A program made the position numbers and the translations under genes. The notes beneath the pieces were generated by a model, which was given only the letters and a program-made list of their open reading frames with translations, was not told the origin of the DNA and did not search any database. From positions 62,001 through 126,000 of the IMG/VR virus record IMGVR_UViG_3300009181_000033: a DNA stretch of 64,000 nucleotides. One strand, written 5' to 3'. Every line of letters starts with the position of its first letter. Positions within the stretch are counted from its first letter, which is position 1. This document shows positions 56,728 through 64,000 of this stretch, piece by piece.

Positions 56728-57804
56728 ATGAGTGAAGATTACTATGCCGTGCTGGGAATTGGTCGAGATGCCAGTGATGAAGACATTCGGCGGGCCTACA
56801 AGAACATAGCAAAAAAAGATCATCCTGACCGCAATCCAGGAGACAAATCGGCAGAGGAGCGCTTTAAGAAAGCAAATGAAGCGTACGCCGTGCTGTCAAA
56901 TGCGGAAAAGAAGAGCCATTATGATCAATGGGGAAATGTCGGTCCTTCCCAGGGTGGATGGCCGTCTGGGGGCGATCCATTCTCAAATTTCCAGGATATT
57001 TTTGCTGATATGTTTGGTGGAGGTCGTAGACACGGTCCGAGCCATCACGACCCGACCGCGCAGGTCCGAGGTGAAGACATTCAAATTGTGCAAAGAATAT
57101 CTTTGAGGGATTCGATGTTGGGATGCAGCAAAGAAATGTCGCTGGAGTTGCCGACAGGGTGCGATGATTGTGGTGGAACAGGGGCGAAAAAAGGAACATC
57201 TCGTGCGAGATGCAACGGGTGCGGAGGTGCCGGACATGTGGTGATAAAACAAGGTTTTATGTCAATAACTCATCCGTGCGGAAAGTGTGGCGGCCGTGGT
57301 GACGTTGTGGAGTCTCCATGTGTAAAATGTCGTGGTGAAGGTCATGTGGCAAGGAAGAAAAAAATAAGCGTCACTATCCCGCCAGGAATCGATACGGGCC
57401 AACAATTGAGGGTGACGGCTGCCGGTGTGGCCGGGAGAAATGGTGGGCCGGCGGGTGATGTATATGTAGTTGTCGAAGTTGAGCCCTTGAACAATTGGCG
57501 AAGGGAAGGGAGTGATCTGGTGACCATGCAGTTGATCGACCTCTTTACTGCTTCGAAGGGTGGTGAGGTCAATTTGGAACTTCCAAGCGGAAAGAAAATT
57601 GACGTTACCGTGCCTGCCGGTACACAACCTGGGACCGAAATAACTTCAAGGGACAATGGCATGCCGAGTGTTAGGAGCCAAAACACAAGGGGCAATTTGA
57701 GGGTTTTGATAAATGTAAAAATTCCCGAGGTGACGTCAGAGAGAGGAAAGATCTTGTTGGGAGCATTAGAAAAGGAATTGGCTTCCCCTGGGACGATCAA
57801 TTAG
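56728..57804 (+). CDS. dnaJ: chaperone DnaJ
   Basis: J domain with HPD, G/F region, four CxxCxGxG repeats, C-terminal domain. Confidence 0.95.
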   Translation: MSEDYYAVLGIGRDASDEDIRRAYKNIAKKDHPDRNPGDKSAEERFKKANEAYAVLSNAEKKSHYDQWGNVGPSQGGWPSGGDPFSNFQDIFADMFGGGRRHGPSHHDPTAQVRGEDIQIVQRISLRDSMLGCSKEMSLELPTGCDDCGGTGAKKGTSRARCNGCGGAGHVVIKQGFMSITHPCGKCGGRGDVVESPCVKCRGEGHVARKKKISVTIPPGIDTGQQLRVTAAGVAGRNGGPAGDVYVVVEVEPLNNWRREGSDLVTMQLIDLFTASKGGEVNLELPSGKKIDVTVPAGTQPGTEITSRDNGMPSVRSQNTRGNLRVLINVKIPEVTSERGKILLGALEKELASPGTIN

Positions 57805-58439
57805 GCCCTGTGCTTCTTTCTCTTGTAGCGAAGAAGTTCGTCGACGATGAGAGACTGTTTGTCTTCGGCTGCGTGCCCCCAAGCCCAGAGCATATTTGAT
57901 TCATGTTTCTTTATTTCCTCCTCCATTTGGAAAGCTCTTTTTTCAAGTGCATCCATCATTTCAGGTGAAGGGTCTTGAATTTTTATGTTGAGTTCAGCGG
58001 CCACGTCAATCAAGGTTTCAATTTCGCCTTTGTTCCATGCCTCGAGGGCTGTCTTGTAGGCTTCTGTCAGCTCCGGATCGCCACCATTCTTGTCGGGATG
58101 AGTTTTGAGTGCAATTTGCTTCCACAACTTTTTGAAGACCTCGACCGTTAGCACCTCCGGTTGCACAATGTCTGCCTCTGTTGTGTCCTCTTCGTCCTTT
58201 ATTTGCTCTTCATTATCCCCATCGATTTCCTGCTCTTCTTTTTTTTCGTCATTTTTCTGACTGTCATCTGATTCGTGTGTTGGAGCCGGGATAGGCGAGA
58301 GATCGGGTGCTTTTTCGTAAAGCTTTCCGCCCATCTCGGACTCGAACTTTGACAATTTTTCCTTGCGGTCTTCAAGCTCAACCTTGAGGTATCCAACCTT
58401 GTGCAGAAGCCCCTTCCATTTCTTTTCCAAGTTGTTCAT
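57801..58439 (-). CDS. J-domain protein
   Basis: ALKTHPDK; coiled coils. Confidence 0.8.
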   Translation of the reverse strand: MNNLEKKWKGLLHKVGYLKVELEDRKEKLSKFESEMGGKLYEKAPDLSPIPAPTHESDDSQKNDEKKEEQEIDGDNEEQIKDEEDTTEADIVQPEVLTVEVFKKLWKQIALKTHPDKNGGDPELTEAYKTALEAWNKGEIETLIDVAAELNIKIQDPSPEMMDALEKRAFQMEEEIKKHESNMLWAWGHAAEDKQSLIVDELLRYKRKKHRA

Positions 58440-58596
58440 GAAAATAAATATATTTTTGTTTTCAACTTAGATTTTTTTTAAACAATTGTCAAAACATTTT
58501 CACATGCGAATATTTATGCGTTGGAGAGTTTTTCGGTGAAATGGTTGCACCTGCGAGCGCTCCAAGACCTTATATCGATAAAGGAAGGTACAAAAT

Positions 58597-61269
58597 ATGT
58601 CAACAACACGCCTTCAGCAATCTCAAGTTAGCGGCTCATTGTCATACAATGACAATGTTGGCCGTAGCGATTTGTTCAAAGCCAATAGATCGCTAGCTGA
58701 TGATCTCAACTCCCTACGCACTCAGGTGAAGGGAATATTAGGTACACAGACCTGGATGGATGAGCAGGCTTTGAGCCTGAGCAACCTCAAGGCTCAATTG
58801 ACCGGCACATTGAGCGCCAACAACGTTGCTGCAGCGGGGACCCTCTCGGTCGCCGGCGCCGCAACAGTGGGCGGAATCCTCGATGTCAACAACACAATCT
58901 CGGCTTCAGCCATCAAGATCGATTGGGACGTTGCCCAACGCCTCTATATCGTCGATTCAGATGGTTCATTGAAGGACGAAGCAAAACTCGTGTTCAATGG
59001 TTCAAAATTAACAGTCACCGGTTCATTCGAATCGACCGGCAACGCTCTCGTCAATGCATTGACCGCTTCTAACGGGATAAATGTTAGCGCCGGTGGTCTA
59101 AGCATTGCCGGTGATCGTCTCTATGTGGATGGCACACTCGGAGTGACTGGCGTCAGCAATTTCGCCAGCGTATACGCTTCAGGGCTTGCAGGCATCTCCG
59201 GTTCACTCACAGTGGCCGGCGCAACATCCCTCAAGTCAGGCTTGAACGTCACCGGATCCATGTCAGGTTCTGGTGCACTCCAGGTCGGTGGAGCTGCAAC
59301 GGTTGCAGGAATCCTCGATGTCAACAACACAATCTCAGCTTCGGCCCTCAAGATCGATGGGGACGTTGCTCAGAGACTCTACATCGTCGACGCAGACGGC
59401 TCATTGAAGGATGAAGCCAACATGGTGTTCGACGGTTCAGCCTTCAAGGTCACTGGCTCCATCTCTGGCTCAGGTGCCATGCAGGCCGGCGGAGCTCTCA
59501 CCGTTGGTGGTGCTGCGGCCTTCAATAGCTCCATGTCAGTTGCAGGTGCTGCTGCATTCAACAGCAGCATGACACTCACCGGCTCATTTGCAATGACCGG
59601 GTCCATGGACGTGAGCGGGTCAGCTTTGTTCCGCAATGGCCTTGAAATCGCGGGCGATGCCCTCGAGATCACCGGCTCATTCGCTGTCACCGGCTCAACT
59701 TCCTTTGACGGCAGCGTCAAGCTCGTTGGTGACGTTGCAAAACGCCTCTACATCGTCGGAGACGACGGTGCGGTGAAGGACGAAGCCAAACTAGTGTTCA
59801 ACGGCTCTACATTGTTTGTGACAGGTGGGTTGGACGTCAGCAGCGGCCTCACAGTCGCTGGTGTCACCGTCAACACCTCTGTTGCCGACTTCAACGCCGG
59901 GATAACCGCGGACGTGATCAAGATCGACGGTGACGTCGCTCAAAGACTCTACATCGTTGGTGCTTCTGGTGAACTCAATGACGAAGAGAAACTAACGTTT
60001 AATGGGTCTGCCTTCAAGGTCACAGGCGTCGTCTCCGGATCAGGCAACTTCCAGGCCGGCGGATCACTCGCCGTCGCTGGTGCTGCTTCGCTCAGCTCCA
60101 CATTGGGTGTAACAGGCCTCGCCACACTAAACAATGGCTTGACTGTCAACTCTGCGGCCGCTGACTTCAACGCCGGGATAACCGCTAACGAGATCAAGAT
60201 CGACAGCGACGTCGCTCAGCGTCTTTACATCGTTGGTGCTTCTGGTGAGCTCAATGACGAAGAGAAACTAACGTTTGATGGGTCTGCCTTCAAGGTGACC
60301 GGTGCCGTTTCTGGTTCCGGAAACTTCCAAGCTGGTGGAACACTCACCGTTGCCGGTGCAGCTTCACTCAACAGCACTCTAGCTGTTGCTGGTGCCGCTG
60401 ACCTCAATGGTGCATTGGACGTCGCTGGCCAGGTTGACCTCGCCGCTTCAGGTGTTGCGACAAACGTTCGCGGCACTTTGAGCGTTGCGCAGGCAGCCAA
60501 CTTCAGCAACAACGTCGTTGTCGCTGGCGATCTCTTCGTCAACGGTACAACCACATACATCAACACGAGCGAAGTTCGCGTTGCTGATGCGTTCATGTAC
60601 CTCGCCACTGGCTCACTCGGTACAACCGACTCAGGTATCGTCCTCCACGGCGGTGCAGGCGTTGGAATGGACCTCGTCATGGGACAGGACGGTGGTGCCG
60701 GAGAGTTCATCTTCGGTAAGGGCTCTCGTGGGCCCGACGGGAATGGGGAGATGGACGGCATCGAGCTCGTCCCTGCCTGGATGTCTGAGCTCAAGCTCGG
60801 CTCACAAGAAGGGCTCTTCAGCGGCTCGTTGGCGCTCTCCGGATCGGACCTCAAGGTCAAGTCCGCCTCGGGTGCCCTCAAGCTCGTTGCCTTCGGGGAC
60901 GAGGAATTCAGCGTTGCCGCTGACACCCAAATGTCTGCATTCCAGACCCAATTCGGTTCCAGCACAACATTGGTTGGTGCCATCCTCGGCCTAGCCGGTG
61001 TTGGCGGCGCTAGCTCCTTCCGCAAGGGCAAGATCTCAGGTTCAGCCATTTCTACACAGTATGGCGGCACCCTTGACTTCTCTTCGGTTGGTGCTCTCCG
61101 CGCGACCGGCGATGCAGCCGCTGGTATGGACGTATACCTCAACGGTGTGCTCCTCGTCCAAGGCGACGATTATACTGTCGCCGCAGTCGATGAGATAACA
61201 TTCGTCGCTGGATTCAGGGTTGTTGCCGATGACAGCATAGTTGTTGTAATTCGCAACGCTGCTTTGTGA
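58597..61269 (+). CDS. large repetitive virion fibre-like protein
   Basis: Five DVA(Q/K)RLYIV...DE...F.GS repeats, many TGS/SGS beta units, C-terminal VYLNG..DY domain. Confidence 0.8.
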   Translation: MSTTRLQQSQVSGSLSYNDNVGRSDLFKANRSLADDLNSLRTQVKGILGTQTWMDEQALSLSNLKAQLTGTLSANNVAAAGTLSVAGAATVGGILDVNNTISASAIKIDWDVAQRLYIVDSDGSLKDEAKLVFNGSKLTVTGSFESTGNALVNALTASNGINVSAGGLSIAGDRLYVDGTLGVTGVSNFASVYASGLAGISGSLTVAGATSLKSGLNVTGSMSGSGALQVGGAATVAGILDVNNTISASALKIDGDVAQRLYIVDADGSLKDEANMVFDGSAFKVTGSISGSGAMQAGGALTVGGAAAFNSSMSVAGAAAFNSSMTLTGSFAMTGSMDVSGSALFRNGLEIAGDALEITGSFAVTGSTSFDGSVKLVGDVAKRLYIVGDDGAVKDEAKLVFNGSTLFVTGGLDVSSGLTVAGVTVNTSVADFNAGITADVIKIDGDVAQRLYIVGASGELNDEEKLTFNGSAFKVTGVVSGSGNFQAGGSLAVAGAASLSSTLGVTGLATLNNGLTVNSAAADFNAGITANEIKIDSDVAQRLYIVGASGELNDEEKLTFDGSAFKVTGAVSGSGNFQAGGTLTVAGAASLNSTLAVAGAADLNGALDVAGQVDLAASGVATNVRGTLSVAQAANFSNNVVVAGDLFVNGTTTYINTSEVRVADAFMYLATGSLGTTDSGIVLHGGAGVGMDLVMGQDGGAGEFIFGKGSRGPDGNGEMDGIELVPAWMSELKLGSQEGLFSGSLALSGSDLKVKSASGALKLVAFGDEEFSVAADTQMSAFQTQFGSSTTLVGAILGLAGVGGASSFRKGKISGSAISTQYGGTLDFSSVGALRATGDAAAGMDVYLNGVLLVQGDDYTVAAVDEITFVAGFRVVADDSIVVVIRNAAL

Positions 61270-61275
61270 TAACAT

Positions 61276-61313
61276 GATATGCGGCACCTGACCTAGGTCA
61301 GGTGCCGCATATC
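61276..61313 (+). terminator. perfect 38-bp palindrome after the fibre gene
   Basis: GATATGCGGCACCTGACCT|AGGTCAGGTGCCGCATATC. Confidence 0.75.
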
Positions 61314-61442
61314 TTTATCTTAGAATTTCTAACATCGCAAGGGACACTACTTATATCAGATCCGCTGCAAAGGCTGCTTTTGCATTGTGAATTCCTACGT
61401 TAATAATATTTAACAGCAACAAAAGAAAGGTTATATAACAAC

Positions 61443-61873
61443 ATGGCTGACGTCACGAGAATATCAGGAAGAGGGCCTGCAGGCCCAAAAGGGGATACCG
61501 GACCTTCGGGAGCAGTGTTTCCTCTTTATTAAGCGGTGTTAGCAGCACCAACAACTCATCTTCAGCCCCTCTTGTCGTTGGGTCCGCGTACCTGGATCCT
61601 TCCACGGTCAATGCTTCCAACATTGCTTTTGAGACAATATTGGGAGTTTCTGGTGGTGGTGCTTCATCAGCGGCAAATATCGTTCTATTTGATCTGACAA
61701 CTGGCACAGCAGTATGCACTCTCAGCTCAACATCTAGTGCGGGTGAGTTTAAACAACAAACAATATCGATGCCAAATTCAGCAAAGCACTATGAAGTTAG
61801 ACTTTACGCATCGAACACCTCAGGATCATCTACCAGGGCGATTGCTAGCATGGCTAGACTTCGCTTTTATTGA
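61443..61873 (+). CDS. short collagen-like structural protein, frameshifted near 61510; paralogue of 61885-62346
   Basis: MADVTRISGRGPAGPKGDTGPS, then a -1 shift into SSLLSG...YEVRLY...MARLRFY. Confidence 0.65.
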
Positions 61874-61884
61874 GGAGAACCATT

Positions 61885-62346
61885 ATGCCCATAAAATGGA
61901 AAGGATCGAATACATCCACTACAAAACTCAATATTTTTGGCGTGGGATCTGAGGGTCCCAGGGGTGAGCAGGGTCCTGCTGGCACCACGCTATTATCAGT
62001 TTTTAATGGATCTATTTCTACAATGAATGGTTCTTCGAGTCCTGAAGTTCTCGGATCAACATATGTTGATCCGACAAAAATTGGAGGCACCAAGATGGTC
62101 CTTGAGGGATCGATAGCTTCTGTTGGTGGAGGTAATTCCACCGCTGCAAACCTGGTGCTCTTCAACAAGACATCGAACTCTGTCGCGACCACAGTTTCGA
62201 CTACACTACAAAATTCGACCTTCGTGAGCTCTGAATTGAACATGCCCGCCTCGCCGGGGTTGTACGAGGTCAGGCTCTACGTATCCAACGCAACTGGTGC
62301 AACCAGCGCCGCTGTGGCGTACATGGCTCGTCTCCGTTTCTATTGA
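61885..62346 (+). CDS. structural protein with MPIKWKG N-terminus and short G-X-Y tract
   Basis: GPRGEQGPAG; YEVRLY...MARLRFY. Confidence 0.75.
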   Translation: MPIKWKGSNTSTTKLNIFGVGSEGPRGEQGPAGTTLLSVFNGSISTMNGSSSPEVLGSTYVDPTKIGGTKMVLEGSIASVGGGNSTAANLVLFNKTSNSVATTVSTTLQNSTFVSSELNMPASPGLYEVRLYVSNATGATSAAVAYMARLRFY

Positions 62347-62371
62347 ATCTAACGAATAAAGGAAAACAAAA

Positions 62372-63418
62372 ATGGCACTACCTACATTAGCAAAAACATG
62401 GGAAATCAACGCAAATGACGCATATAACTATCAAGGATCAGTTCTCGCAGTTGCAAGGCTTGCAACTTGGAAACTTTTCACTGCACTCAAATCCTCGGGT
62501 TGGATAGTTCAGTCGTCATCAAATGGAACAACAGCATCAGCATCAGATTTGTGGACAGATAGCTCTAAACTTAATTGGAATGGGAACGGCCTGGCTAGAT
62601 CATGAGTCGTCTTAAGAAACTCCGTATTCGGTAGCACTTATGACATTTGTATAGATTGCTTGTCAGGCGCCGGCGCTTTGAACGTTAACCCTCAAAATTT
62701 TGCCATTGTTGCTCGTAAACTTGGTTATGTAACAACTTCGTTGGTAACGACGTCTAGACCAGGTGGATCCAACGCTGGAGATGCAGAGCAAGTCATTGGA
62801 AATCATTCACTTGCAACTGGTGGACCATCTTGGAGTCAGCAGTGGTTTGGTGGAGACCAAGCTGATCAAGCCCTAGTTTTTCACTGGCAACGTGCTACAG
62901 ACAATTCGGCATTTAGATTTTTTATCTACAACCAAGATATTCTAACATATTTCTTTATGTTGGAAAAAGCCGGTAATCCATCTGCTGCTTGGACAAGTGC
63001 GTCATCAGACAGTCAGGTTGTGGGCTGGGGTATTTCTAGGTACGCTAGCGCCACAACAGTAGATATTGGCACAAATTTATGGACCAACGGTGTTCTAATG
63101 ACTAGATTGGGAACCTCACCCCAGACTGTCGGACTTCGTACTACGGTTGAAAGTTACAACGGTGGTTGGGTAACTCAGGGCATCATAAATGATCAGACTC
63201 TTGAGTATCCAATGATTCCAATGGGCCTTGTCTGCACGAATGCTCCATACCGCATGCGCCTAGGAAACATTGTTGACATGTGGCATACGCAGATCACCCT
63301 GCCCCATGGATCTACTTTCCCATCCGATGGAACTCGTCAATTCCTTCAGTTGGGCACCGTAATCATTCCTTGGGGAACTTCTGCATCTCCAGGTCCCCTG
63401 CTCCGCACACGTTTCTGA
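62372..63418 (+). CDS. putative structural protein with in-frame TGA at 62603
   Basis: 62372-62605 and 62660-63418 are in the same frame with one stop between (ARS*VVL). Confidence 0.65.
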
Positions 63419-63446
63419 TTCTTTGTAGTCAAGAAAGGAGTCTAGA

Positions 63447-63809
63447 ATGGCAGACTATAGCGGAGGTTCTATTTTCACAGGAGATTGGTCTAATATACCA
63501 ATGTCAGAACTTCGTCCTCGTGACAACCCACTCGTCGGTCCGTTCTTGGGGGCGGTAACTGACAACGATCTGATTTGTAAGATTGGTGGAGACTTAAGTC
63601 CACGTGACAACCCACTACCCGGTTGGTTGGGACTTGAGCTACCAGTGCAAAACACGGTCACCTATTACTATGCAATGCGCGGTAAGGACAACACCGGTTA
63701 CAAGACCTGGGTCGCGTCAGGTTCGCCTGACACAACAGCATCACAGTACACAGGCTCGCTCAGTGGAACGATGACAGACATCGTCGTATTGCAGAGTTGG
63801 ACCAAGTAA
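63447..63809 (+). CDS. putative structural protein
   Basis: RBS AAAGGAG; internal L.PRDNPL repeat. Confidence 0.7.
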   Translation: MADYSGGSIFTGDWSNIPMSELRPRDNPLVGPFLGAVTDNDLICKIGGDLSPRDNPLPGWLGLELPVQNTVTYYYAMRGKDNTGYKTWVASGSPDTTASQYTGSLSGTMTDIVVLQSWTK

Positions 63810-63832
63810 CCAAAAACAAAATCACCATTTTT

Positions 63833-63868
63833 CCACCCGGGAGCTATCGAGTTTCCGGGTGGTTTTTT
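63833..63868 (+). terminator. rho-independent terminator
   Basis: CCACCCGGGA...TTCCGGGTGG followed by a T tract. Confidence 0.8.
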
Positions 63869-64000
63869 ATTTTGTGAAGTTTTTAATTCATATACGAAAA
63901 TATTCAACTGCGAATATTTATTATTTCGGAGGGTATGTCCATGAGCAAGGGTCCGTTATCTCCAAAGGATATGGAGAATTACATACTAGAAATTAAGTCT

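Noticed and set aside
1-64000. Stop-codon reassignment (TAG or TGA)
   Set aside because: Long genes are uninterrupted, TAG and TGA end clear genes such as the 51565 adhesin, dnaJ and tnpB, and no suppressor tRNA was seen.

Overview
The window looks like part of a large (jumbo-type) tailed phage genome. The host is possibly a myxobacterium, inferred from the MlaC, PHA-granule-region, DnaJ and DAG-type lipoprotein genes. There is no capsid, terminase or polymerase gene in the window, so the phage call rests on gene content and organisation. From 0 to 19 kb there is a minus-strand run of about 30 divergent 55-110 aa 'MKPGDLV' (KOW/SH3-like) paralogues, interrupted by two IS200/IS605-family elements (tnpA+tnpB and tnpB-only), a BCS1-like ATPase and a phosphoesterase. 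Two ~1000 aa beta-propeller/LamG paralogues (19.2-22.2 kb and 51.6-54.6 kb) point outward and share a perfect 107-bp inverted repeat and a 3' hairpin. Between them, two extreme strand-composition switch sites (~25.9 and ~49.4 kb) with inverted shared motifs bracket a 23.5-kb block of divergently transcribed small genes. That block also holds a tRNA cluster invaded by two endonuclease genes, one of which splits a tRNA and carries a long-variable-arm tRNA-Thr. Roughly 35 copies of a GTGCAA-N18-TA(N)3(T/C)-N5/6-ATG leaderless promoter punctuate the small genes. A second motif, ATA(T/C)TTA, precedes virion-type genes and also tnpB and HNH genes. The 55-64 kb region carries auxiliary genes (cupin, DnaJ, J-domain) and structural or fibre genes. 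Several isolated stops and homopolymer frameshifts may be sequencing errors.
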